Assembly: GCA_013115145.1 (NCBI GenBank)
Contig: JAAPAO010000020.1
Location: forward strand, 62,001-126,000
Origin: Perkinsus chesapeaki ATCC PRA-425
Lineage: Eukaryota; Protista; Perkinsozoa
Direction of reading: 5' to 3'
DNA length: 64,000 nt
Shown: positions 35,117-45,732 of the stretch, in pieces
Numbering within the stretch: position 1 is the first letter of the stretch
How the letters are laid out: every line of letters starts with the position of its first letter
Made by a program: the position numbers and the translations under genes
Notes under the pieces: generated by a model
Database searches by the model: none
What the model was told of the DNA's origin: nothing
The model's input: only the letters and a program-made list of their open reading frames with translations

Positions 35117-36519
35117 ATGTCCGTTCTGAAAGTTTTTGAGCCAGCTCCTGATGCGACTGGCTTTGACCCCTCCAAGCCCGTTTCACTCCACAATATGATA
35201 CCGGTAATAATAATGAGCATCGGAGAGCGTCCGACCTCTCCTCTGTGCACATTCACGTACCTAGGATAAAATATCGCTCCCAGCCTAGCCCTCAGCGATA
35301 TCTACCATACCGGTGTTTGGACTTATTACTTAGTTTTAAACATTATTATAATGATAATTCTTTACCGTATTGGATATACGGTGGATGAGTGGAATACTGC
35401 TATAAATCCTTGGTACTGACTAGGCGGCTGCTGTTGCTCGCTGCAGCTGTTAAGGGCCTTAACGCAATACCGTAATCCTATCCAGTAGCCTTATCTTAAG
35501 GCTCTGTTAAGTGCTAAAGCGATGATGAATTCACGGTTTTACATTAATGCTCATCGGATGGATAATATATAGTATTGTGATCATAGTCATAGATAAGCCT
35601 CCGGCATAAGTATACGTTCATTTGCCTTTGTCCCAGTATGTTTGAAGTTGCTGCTGCGCTGTTGCTCTCGGTTGTTAGATTGCCCTTGTGATGTAGTATT
35701 GGTTTCCAGGCACCCCATGACTCGCCTGCTTTAATTTCAAGACAGCAAAAGTTGTATGACCAAGAGGCTATGGTTTTTATTATCACTAGAAATAAGAATG
35801 ACAACACTGTGTGCTACCGGTAGCCGTGGAGGGGCGGGGGGGGGGGAATCTCACCGCAGCGAGGTTTACTTAGAGCGAAGTTTTCGAGTCCTGGAGTGCT
35901 GAATAAAGATGAGCCGATTGAGGCTTATTGGATGGACTTTGTTAAATACAAGGACCCGGAGATGAATGAACAGAAGTGCCGAAGTGATCTCATCTGGATA
36001 GAGAAGAAGATGGCCTATGGCATCTCAGCCACACCGACGGACAAGGCGTAAGAGGGAAGGTTGTAGTGGAGGAAGTCAGCTCATTCAGGAACCGATACAA
36101 GCTGCATTTAGTGGCACTTCCCTCGAGGGATGTGTATCTTGTTGTTGATAAGGATGGTCGCCCGAGAGCGGAGACGGAGTATAAGGGAAAAACTGTCTAC
36201 TTGTTAAGGTAGAACGATCGACGAGTTGTGGAATTACGTTTGAAAGCCTGAGCCGGGATATGCTGTTATATATCAGTGTAGCTCACTTTACAATTGCGGA
36301 AGGGAATAGTGGTGTGTGTCGATAATGCTGAAGGTGGTTGTCAGGATATATGTGGAAGCTAAGGAGAATATGATAGGAGTGCCGACAGTCAGATGGGTTA
36401 ATGTTCATTGTCTCGATCCTGAAACTGGTCGGGAGGTAATAGGGCAAGAGCATCATCCTCTCGGTCTCATGTGGCAAGAGCGTTCCGTAATGTTATTTTC
36501 ATCGAATCATTTTGCTTAG
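35117..36519 (+). CDS. DUF4833-domain protein with N-terminal extension, multi-exon; 3' end approximate
   Basis: NKNDNTVCYR|GLL...LNKDEPIEAYWMDF...DLIWIEKKMAYGISATP|...YKLHLVALPSRDVYLVVDKDGRPRAETEYKGKTVYLLR|IYVEAKENMIGVPTVRWVNVHCLDPETG matches the DUF4833 pattern as I recall it. Confidence 0.7.
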
Positions 36520-36937
36520 TTCTTCTACATGGCTATTGGTCGTCTTCATCAGTAGGTAGATCTACTAGAGTACGTATTCTCGTTTATCAAGTATTACTTT
36601 ATATGGTCTTTGAAGCGGTATTCGATATTCCGGAGGAGTCTGTAATTTGCGAAAAACCTTACGGCTTGAACAGTAGAGCAGCTTAATGCATTTCAGATTG
36701 TCGAGAAGATAAAGCCTTGAGCGTGTTGTTAGCTCAACGAGGCAGCTAGTTTTATCCATCATATAAGACAGAGGTTTGACTGGACTTCCTTTCTTTTATC
36801 CTGTCCTGGGGTGTTGAGTTGTATTATTAGCTCTTGTTCGATGGTGCTCAGCTTTTGCCCTATTTTTAATGGAGGAGGGTGATTGTATATTTCACAAAGT
36901 AAAACCGAGTAGTAGTATTGTCAACAGCCCATCGGGG

Positions 36938-38241
36938 ATGACCACCCGATCGAGCAGCCCGGCGGTCCCTCGAGGAGGCTACAGAGTGGTGGAGGTGTCC
37001 GGCCGGCCCTTTGCTATTGAGGCGTCATGGCTGAGGCCATATGAGAGCTCTAAGTTGTATGATACTATATTCAACCAGCCAGCTGATGAGAGTGGTGTGG
37101 TGGATATAGTATCTGATACTGTGCTGTTTGGTATCGTGGTCGATTGGTTACGTACGGGAATGGTACAGGTGCCGCCGGAGATAAGAGAGGAGGATGTTGA
37201 GGCTGAATTCGAGTAGGACGGTTTTAGGGGCTTGCATGGTTTAGTGGTGATGACATTTACTAGGCATTCGGGGGAGTTCGAAATGTATATTTGGTTGTAT
37301 CGGCTGATTGCCGAATAGATCACCTTAGCGTTATAAAATCCAATATTTTGCTAGGAGTATGTTAACTGATGTCGTGGTGGTGTTAAGGAGTCGAAACGAT
37401 GTATTGCTAACATACTTTAGTGTGGCTTGCCACCACAGCACCCTGCACTGAGGAACTGAAACATATTACCGTAGGTCTATTTGGCTTTATTAGGCGTATT
37501 GTATATGTCGAGAAAGATGCATGTGCATTACTATCTTAAAAGAATGCCCTGTTTGACTGTCGAGAGAGGGGTTTCAATCAACCTGTATAGTATCTTGCAT
37601 GTTAGATGGTTTAGATTCCTTGGGCTGCCTTATCCCCCATCAACTAGCGTATGCCGAGAACCACTCGACTTGGAGACTATGAGATATGCATTGAAGGACA
37701 TGGTGCAGCGAGCAACAGATGAAGCTGATGCATACTGCAAGGTGATCCGTGGGAAAGTTGGTATGAAAAGGACAGGAAATGTTTTGTTAGGAAAATAACG
37801 AAGTTGACTCGGAGCTTGTGGTGCTTGTTATTGTGAGGGAAGTGGTCGAGAGAGCTGTCACCACATCCCATTGGGTTGGTATAAGTATGGCAGATCTGCC
37901 CAAACGCTTGTGGGAGGTGAGTCGTTTTAGCCTAATGGCAGAGTGGCTGGTTTTATTGCCGAAGGGCGCGGGTTCGAATCCCATTACTTTCATTTTTTTA
38001 GGTTCTCCATTCAGTAACCCCCGAGGCCAGTGAGGTTATAGCAGATCGTATAAGTGACACTCTCTCTACCGATTACGGGCTCAAAGTGAAATCTGTGAAG
38101 TACTGGGAAGCCCGGCTAGATGGATCCTCTCGCATGCCTCCTTCCTTGCCAGATTGGATTTCCGTCCGTTCGAGGAGGTTCCAGAGGCCTCCAGCCAATG
38201 CGATTGCTGTGGCTGTGAAGTCGGAGATGATTCTAATGTAA
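36938..38241 (+). CDS. BTB/POZ (KCTD/T1-type) domain protein, multi-exon
   Basis: RVVEVSGRPFAIEASWLRPYESSKLYDTIF...GVVDIVSDTVLFGIVVDWLRTG...EEDVEAEFE; the 3' exon VLHSVTPEASEVIADRISDTL opens after intron 37917..38001. Confidence 0.75.
37936..37999 (+). pseudogene. Internally deleted tRNA-Leu/Ser-like element with A-box, B-box and oligo-T terminator, sense in an intron
   Basis: TGGCAGAGTGG (A-box, 37936-46); GCCGAAGGGC (variable-arm-like); GCGGG-TTCGAAT-CCCAT-TACTTTC-A-TTTTTTT, then the AG acceptor. The anticodon arm appears to be missing. Confidence 0.7.
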
Positions 38242-38731
38242 GCTGCTCGGAGAGTGAAATAGCTGATTGGTTGTTATCTAGTGGAACGAGACACCGTCGG
38301 CGGACGAGGAGGAGGCGGTGAGAAGTCGGGACCGGTGTGATAGGAGGTCTATAGAAGCCTATCAACGCGATAGGTTTAATGTTACAGCACCTTTCGAAGA
38401 GACTATGGATTGGTGCTACGCTTGTTTACATAAATTTTATCCAGCTGTAAGTATTGAACTTTGCTGAGGAGGATAAGCGGCGGTCATCACGGGAATGTAT
38501 ACCGTAATAGAGCGGACTGCTAACGCCTTTCTTCTTGGTGTATTATTCTCGAATGATTAAATGTTTCCAAAACTCTAGGATTGCCAAGTCGATTAGAAGT
38601 TGTTGTAGCGTCATCGTCCTGCTACAGCCTGCTAGGTGTCCTTCGCTTCTATCCACCAGGCTTCCACTTTGTTACTCTGCTTCTTGCGTGAGTGGTCAAT
38701 TGGTCGCGGAGTGGTAGCCGGAGTTTTTGTG

Positions 38732-41296
38732 ATGTTCCGGCATAGTGCCCCACGTCTCGGCCGGGGAGGTATCTTCCATGCCCGGATTCGAACCACAGAG
38801 GCGTTCATGCTGCGAGCTGTGAAATATGAGGCTCGTTTGAAACAGTAAGGAGTGTTGCCGCTCACTCATTCGGCTGGAAGTGGGACCTTGTTGAGGTACG
38901 CAATCAACAAGCACAATAGAAGGTTCAGGAGTTGGGCTCAGCAAAGGGTTCGCCAATACAGGCTGGCCACGGTAATATGGGATGAAGGGGACATCCAGGT
39001 TGTAGCTTACGTAAGGTAAACACTAAGCCTCGCAGGACCTCGGGGGTGAGGATAGGTTCCTAGTGTGTGGAAAATAAGTTATTAGTTCAAATAGAAACAT
39101 CAAGTGCATTCCTTGTGGGACGTTCCAGTCTTCTCTGTGGCTCGCTGGTAGCATATCAGTATAAACATAGGCTAACCAGCTTGGAGTGGAAGTGGGGATC
39201 TCGGTGCCCAGTAGGATGGGCCTTGGTGTCATTTGTAAATTACTGAGCCTGAACAAGTATGTCATTCTCCTAGAGTCATGTTAGGATACACTTGTCTACC
39301 ATTCCAGCGTTCGTTTAGGCGGTTACAGTGACCACGGACCCGGGGCTGATGGACGCCCCTTATCTTGCCGCTGCCATACAGAAGGCAGCGTCATTAAGGA
39401 AGCATGATGTGAAGCTTTGGAGGGGCTTCACTGTGAGGTTGATGGAGATATTAGACCAGATACCACCGGAGCATATTGGGTAGGGGTCTGTGAGGTACAT
39501 GGGTGATGGTGAGGGGCAGGTACGTCCTGTGGGGCTATGGTAAGGCATTGTATCTGCCACCTAACGCTAAGGAGGTCTATCTTAAGCTGTTTGATAGAGT
39601 ACGAGAACTTTTACCACAGTTATCGAGCCATGCTATAATGGCAACACTGTGGGCGATGAAAAGAGTGCAGATTCAACCGGTAGTAGTAGGAGGAGGATGA
39701 GGGAGACGGGGGGGGGGCACGGGCGAAACCACATACTAGTGCCTGGTATCATTGTGTGTGCAAAGTGCATGAATAAATACCAGATAGCTGGAAATAATAA
39801 ATAGACAAGTTACTGGATGCAAGCGGCTTCGTGAAAGAATGAGCCTCAGAAAGCGTTTGTAAATTCTGATGGGCGATTCCGATTGGGCTTCACCTTGTGT
39901 CAATCTCGCGTACTCTTGTTTAACCTATACGTGTGGGACCGAGGAAGGGAATTGTATCGGGGTAGGTTGTTATCTATCACTCTCCTCAGCACAAGTCGGA
40001 CTTGATGGAGTTTGCCAAGCATGTGATGGAGAGGAGAGATAGCATACGACCGACGGATTTCTGCAAAGTAAAAGGTCGAAGCTCGGGGGCGCGCTGAAGC
40101 TCGCATGGCAATCTCTCAGATAGCCAATTGCCTTGCCTTTTTTGGCACCGGCAAGCACAACAGTGGGTTCAGGAAACAGTTCTCTGAAGTAGCACAGAGC
40201 AAGTACGATGAGGAGCTCTTCGCCCAGGGTTTCCGGGCAGTAGTGAGTCCTATCGCAATGTAAGCTGTAGCCGAGGGCCACTGTGGGAGAGGTTGGTTAG
40301 ATACAACCTGTGGAACGATAGTATGCGAGGATACGTTCTTGAAAGGTAGGAGGCTTATAGGGGTATGGGATCAGTCGGAAGGCAGGTTTAGACGTATACA
40401 GCAGACAGCTCGACCGAATCACCTTCACGCTGCGTATCTATCAGCGGTCATATGTAGAGTACACCACTCTAAGGTAGCAGTGGTAGTATTGGGATGGACT
40501 TAGCAGTCTTGCCAGGTATGGTTTGATCTGTCGGTGCCTTGTCGCCAGTTCTATACTCGCCTTTCGATGAGACACATACCGTAGCGTGCTCCACTATAGG
40601 GTTCCGTTTGTACACAGTGTTTAAGGTACGGTAATATAAAGCCAAGCCCGCTGCATCAGGACGTGTCGAATCACTTGGCTGAGCTGCAAGTGACGCATAG
40701 GAACTCATTTCGATGGGGTAAGTACCACTCCGGTTGCTGCAGCTGGTGGTTGGCTGGAGGTCGGCATTCCAGGGCCCTTCGCGATCGATATAGGCATCGA
40801 GTCTAATGAGGTGCACGGTACGGAAGACTTCGGGGATGACCGTAAAAAATGCATCTTCATCGATGGGCCGTCACAGTTCTACTTTGGAACGAACGAGTAG
40901 GAGGGTTGATGGTCTGCTGAGTAGCCGACGTGTTGGTAGGTATCTTGAGTCGGTAAAGATGTACCATTCGACATTATCCTCTCTGGGATGGATGGTCTAC
41001 CGAGTGCATTGGAGCGAATGGGCTAAGACGTAGTGGCTTGCTTCGCTCCGCTAAGATTAGGATGTTTTAGTTATGACATAGAGGGCGGTGGTAAGGAGGA
41101 TCGGTTGAATATCCTTAAGAAGATCATCGACTCGGACACGGCCTCCGGTAACATTGATACTGTCATAGATCGAGCCTTCAGCCTTTCCATCTTGTCGAAG
41201 AATCTACTTGGCCATTGCCACAGTTGCTTGGGCACATACGCCGCGCGAGAGCGTGAAGCGTCGTCACATTTCGCCCTTCGTAATGACTACTTGTGA
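38732..41296 (+). CDS. RAP-domain (FASTK-like) helical-repeat protein, probably mitochondrial RNA processing
   Basis: Presequence-like MFRHSAPRLGRG; helical repeats (WGYGKALYLPP, LSSHAIMATLWAMKRV); C-terminal CIFIDGPSQFYFGTNE...YLESVKMYHSTLSSLGWMVYRVHWSEW. Confidence 0.82.
38773..38797 (-). pseudogene. Possible tRNA 3'-half fragment in a putative 30-nt intron of the RAP gene
   Basis: - strand TGTGG-TTCGAAT-CCGGG-CATGGAA-G inside GTATC...CACAG (38769..38798). The intron is in-frame, so splicing is unproven. Confidence 0.45.
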
Positions 41297-41780
41297 AATT
41301 TATTTAGTGTGATTGTTATAGGCCAGGACCTACGTATCTGTAACCGCTCGCTGTGTGTAGCTGTGTCGGTTGCTATGCAGATGATTGTTTCCTCGCAGAC
41401 ACCCTCCTCGATGGAGAGGCCCGAGATATTGACCGACGAGACCTTACGCGGTTTAAGTAGGTATCTTCTGTGTCGCATTTCTGTATCCTCTCAGTGGAAC
41501 TGCTGTACTACGATCATAACTCAGGTGGTTGAAGGCCCAGATGGCAGAGAAGGCCAGCAAACCTGTCCAAGACATTGACTTTGCGTTGTGATCGCCTTTA
41601 CAGCATGCACTGATGTTGAGTGTCCGTTTCTTAATAGTTTCTGCGTCATAAAAGGCATTGAGGAGGGAAGTTGTTAATGCAAAGCAAAACGTTAATTTAA
41701 CAGGAAGGTCCTTCAAGTGCGTTTGCATGTCGTCGTAAAAGCATCACACTTCACCTTGCTCTTTGTTCTCACCCATCTCT
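41287..41780 (-). CDS. Possible small multi-exon gene
   Basis: Short ORF pieces on the - strand (MGENKEQ; MQTHLKDLP; MRHRRYLLKPRKVSSVNISGLSIEEG) with plausible GT-AG junctions. Confidence 0.25.
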
Positions 41781-42138
41781 TGGATCCTTGTCTATGCGTG
41801 CAGAAGCTATGGCGCGCGAAAGTAGATTTTATATAGCGGCGGGTCGATTGAGCTTTACGCTGCTGTACTCATCCAACTACACAGGAGATCCATCCTTCAG
41901 CATCACTCTTCCGCTTACCCTCCGCCTTGCTATCTACCTTGTTTTTGCCATTTTCCTCCATTGCGTGGTTTACGCTAGGAAACTGTCTCCTTGCACTCGG
42001 TAGCCCCCTCTGTGGCTGACGGTCCGATTAATGGATGATATCGAGGTATTGTTGTTGACAGGTTTTTGTTTTCCTTTCTTCGTGTTTTGTAACTACCACC
42101 CTTCCTTATTCTTCCATCTGCTGTGCTGTTACAACTGA

Positions 42139-43152
42139 ATGACTCGCTCCATTAGTAGTAGTGTTGCCTTATATAGCAGAGTTAAGAACACCTTCCTCGA
42201 CTTCGGTTATGGTAGTAATGACGAGGCTGACCTTCAAGCTGGTGGTGCTCGCCAGAGAAGTCTAAGCTGCCCGCCATTGAACTGCAAGGCCTTAACGAGC
42301 CCGACTACGATGATGTTGAGAAAGGTCCCGAAGACGTGCACGGTTGATACTCTTACCGCTGTCTTAAACGAGAGGGGTTTCTCTGGTCTCTATGACTTCA
42401 TTTATGTTCCCCTCGATTTCAAGACCCGTCAGTCCACTGGGTTTGCCTTCATCAATTTTTGTTCTAATGAGGTTGCCCAGTCGTTCACCGGTAAGTTTCA
42501 TCTAACTAAGTTGGCAAATAGGACTATTAAGGTCTGTCCAGCACGTGTACAGGGTCTCTCTGCTAACGTGGAACACTTCAAGAACAATCCGGTAAACTTC
42601 GCTACTGAGCACTTCAGACCTAAACTATTTGAGCTCGGTACTGGTCGCCTACTACCCTTCCCCAAGCCCGACTGTGTTCAGCAGACACCATCGAGTCCTA
42701 CCTCTAGCAGTACGATGACAACTTCTGTATCTCTTAGTGGTGGAAGTAGCATCAGCGGTGATTCAGAACACCGCCTCCGTCGTGGTAATGAACATCATCG
42801 TGGTAGTAACGGCGACTGGCCGAGTTACCATGGTAACAACACTCACCACCTTAGAGATAGCATTCTCTTCATTGGAGGCCTTCATGCCAGGACTACGGCT
42901 AAATCTATATTGGAGGTTATCCCTAATGCTATTGATGTTCATGTACCACTACATACCGAGACTGGTTTTTCTAGAGGCTTTGCTTACGTCAAGCTCGCAA
43001 GCCCCCATGATGTTAATAAGTTCCTTACCTCGGATAATATTATTATTGACGGTAAAGCTGTTGGATTCCGTCCGTTCAGAGGCCGAGATTACAAAAACTC
43101 GCCCTCTCTGCTTCGTAGTCAGCCAGTCTCGGCATTAAGCTATGCTGTTTAA
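42139..43152 (+). CDS. Mei2-like RNA-binding protein (Mei2 C-terminal-type RRM followed by a canonical RRM), intronless
   Basis: VKNTFLDF motif; TTMMLRKVPKTCT...YDFIYVPLDFKTRQSTGFAFINF...ARVQGLSANVEHFKN; second RRM with LFIGGL (RNP2) and SRGFAYVKL (RNP1). Confidence 0.88.
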   Translation: MTRSISSSVALYSRVKNTFLDFGYGSNDEADLQAGGARQRSLSCPPLNCKALTSPTTMMLRKVPKTCTVDTLTAVLNERGFSGLYDFIYVPLDFKTRQSTGFAFINFCSNEVAQSFTGKFHLTKLANRTIKVCPARVQGLSANVEHFKNNPVNFATEHFRPKLFELGTGRLLPFPKPDCVQQTPSSPTSSSTMTTSVSLSGGSSISGDSEHRLRRGNEHHRGSNGDWPSYHGNNTHHLRDSILFIGGLHARTTAKSILEVIPNAIDVHVPLHTETGFSRGFAYVKLASPHDVNKFLTSDNIIIDGKAVGFRPFRGRDYKNSPSLLRSQPVSALSYAV

Positions 43153-44175
43153 ATCATCAGATCCTTGTATTGTATTCGGTGTTGGATATTCAGTCTATCA
43201 CCGCCTTTTTGTGGTTTAACGGCGGCGTCCTATTTTCTGTTGTATCGGATATAATCTATCCGCACATCATCTTTTTGTAACCAGGAAATCTAATGCTAAA
43301 ATAGTCAGTTACGCCAATCGCTCATATTTTTCCTGGTCTAATATAGTCGTAGAATCTATCGAATAATCATACGGTCCTAATATATCTCCGCGACAAAACT
43401 GCGGCTATTCTATTATGTTACTATCTTCCTGAACTCTATTCCTACGTCTCTTTAGCACAATCATACTTTCCTGTCACTAAATGTGCTAAATGTTATTTAT
43501 ATTTCTGATGCCCCGTTCTCTGTTATCCATCACCACCAGCAGTCTCCTCTTCTGGTTGATCGGCTCGCTGCACTCGTTGAGTGTGCCATTCCAGACCTAA
43601 CAGTCTGCGCTGATCCGTTGGTCTGCTGGATCCTCTTGGTGTCCACAGTCGTTATGCTCGAGTTTACTTGATGAGCTATAAGGAGCAATTTGTGTATCTT
43701 TTTATTTCGTTGTCATGGCAAGGATTGTCGCCTCCAGCAGCCACTTGTTGCTGAGGCTCTATATTTTACACGCCACCCTTGTGTGGTTTAACTCTTATTT
43801 CCAGCGTCTATTGCTCTTAGCAATACCGCATGCACCTATTATCCTGTCCGTCGTTTATGTCAGATGAGCTTGTACAAATCAGACTGTGCTTGTTACTGGA
43901 TAATTGTATTGCTTTCTTAGCCTTCGCTGTTGCGTTATACAGTTAATGCATTTGTGCGACAAGTGCAGGGGGGAATCTGCGTGTGCCTAGTTGTGCATTG
44001 TAAAGCCTTTGTTGACTTTGAGCATTGAAGCTCATCTCAGCTTGGAGAGTTCAGCCGACATGCCGCCACCCGGCTGTCGGTCATCTTCCCTTCTCCCGAA
44101 TGTATAGTGATTCACTATCAAACAAAGTATAACAAAACAACTATAACGACAATAGGAAAATAACAACAACATTTC

Positions 44176-45487
44176 TCATGCAAAATGCACATTCAAATGG
44201 ACCTGTAGAGTTCCTCCTGGAGTGACTCCTTCTTTCATGCAAAGCTCATGTATAGTCTCAGTGCAATGAGTCGGTACCTCAATACTGGAACATTCCAACC
44301 TACTTGCAGCCTCTACCCATGGCCGGTCTTTTATCTCCTTCATAGCTGGATGATTCGGCATGATAACATCATCGTAAACCTGATAAGCTACCACTTCTAG
44401 AATGACCACGCGCTCGATTCACCTCTTTGACGGTCCAAGTGCTCAAGACAGCTCTCTTCCAGCTCTCCTCTCTCATTTTAACATTTAATACTATCGGGTA
44501 GGTATCACACTCATCGTCATCAGTACTTAGCCTGATTGTCACCATACCGTATGACCCTAGACCCTAGCAGCAGCAGCTACTCCTCAGTGAGGTCTGGCAC
44601 CGGTCCCTCAGGTCTATGTCGTTCTATCCACTCCTCGAATTGCTCCATTGTAATATACTCCTCCAATGGCCCTCCCACAAACTCGTTCTGCACATATGTG
44701 GATACGTAACGTTCCAGCGCTCCTTCCCTCAAGTCGGAGTTCTTCAAACCATCCAACTGCAACAGCAGCAGCCGTCGGCACTTGGTCAGCGGCTTACCAC
44801 CTACTAATTGCTTCTGGGCGATCTCCTTGCCCTCTTTGGTGCCCATGTACTGTACCGGGATGAAGATCGCGTTGCATAGGTCAACTTGCAGTGTGGCTTC
44901 CAACCTCAGATGGTTCTCTATTGCATCTCCCAAGTCCCTATCAACTGCTACCCACACGGTATCAACCTCTCCTCACCGCCGTGAGATTCTGCCATCCTCG
45001 TCGATGTCACATAACAGGTAGAGTAGACGCGCCCAGCTGGCTGGCTCGGCTAATGGACCCGTCTTCGGCGATCGAGTCCATCATCGTGCTTACATGTCCG
45101 GAGCACTTGTCGCATTGCCAAACAGTCATAAAGGTTTGGATCCTTCTTTGGCCCACCAGCAATGCGAAGTATCCTCTTTGCGACTTGAGATCCTTTGAGG
45201 TACTTCAATTCCAACACTTCCAATACAGTCGCTTCCTCTGCCACGAGCTGTCCTATGAAATGACAGAGTCCTTACTGGACAGTTTTTGATGATAACAGCG
45301 AATAGCCGTCGCCGCGATCCGATGCAGTCGAGGCTTGGGAATGCCACTGAGGACCTGCGATAGAGTAGCTCCCGGCCCTCCCAACTCTCATCACCCTATC
45401 CAAGCTTTTGCCTTCATCATCAGTGGATGCCTCCAGAATAGATACCACCACATCATTACGATCCTTATCCCTCAAAGATGAGGCCAT
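44176..45487 (-). CDS. Hypothetical protein, multi-exon
   Basis: Protein-like exons MASSLRDKDRNDVVVSILEA, EEATVLEVLELKYLKGSQVAKRILRIAGG, WVAVDRDLGDAIENHLRLEATLQVDL, and VILEVVAYQVYDDVIMPNHP. No family recognised. Confidence 0.5.
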
Positions 45488-45732
45488 CGAAGCATCCCCT
45501 TTATACAGCAGTTCGCATCGCCTGAATGCCATGATAGGTATTCATCACAAATGCTCAAGTGATACCTGTCCTCGTAGGTTGGGGGGCGGATGGGTGACGA
45601 AGGAGCTTCACCCTTGGCCGTGGGAGACTGACGAGCTCCTTTTCCGGAAAGGCATGCGTTGCCCATTCTCTTCAACAGTCGGCTTGAAAGAAATCTGTTA
45701 TTTACCCTTCCAAGCGTTCCGCCGCGAAGGTA

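Noticed and set aside
15900-42139. Spliced-leader relics (ACCGTAGCCATCTTGGCTCAAG-like) upstream of the intronless genes
   Set aside because: No convincing match seen by eye upstream of 16000, 19897 or 42139.
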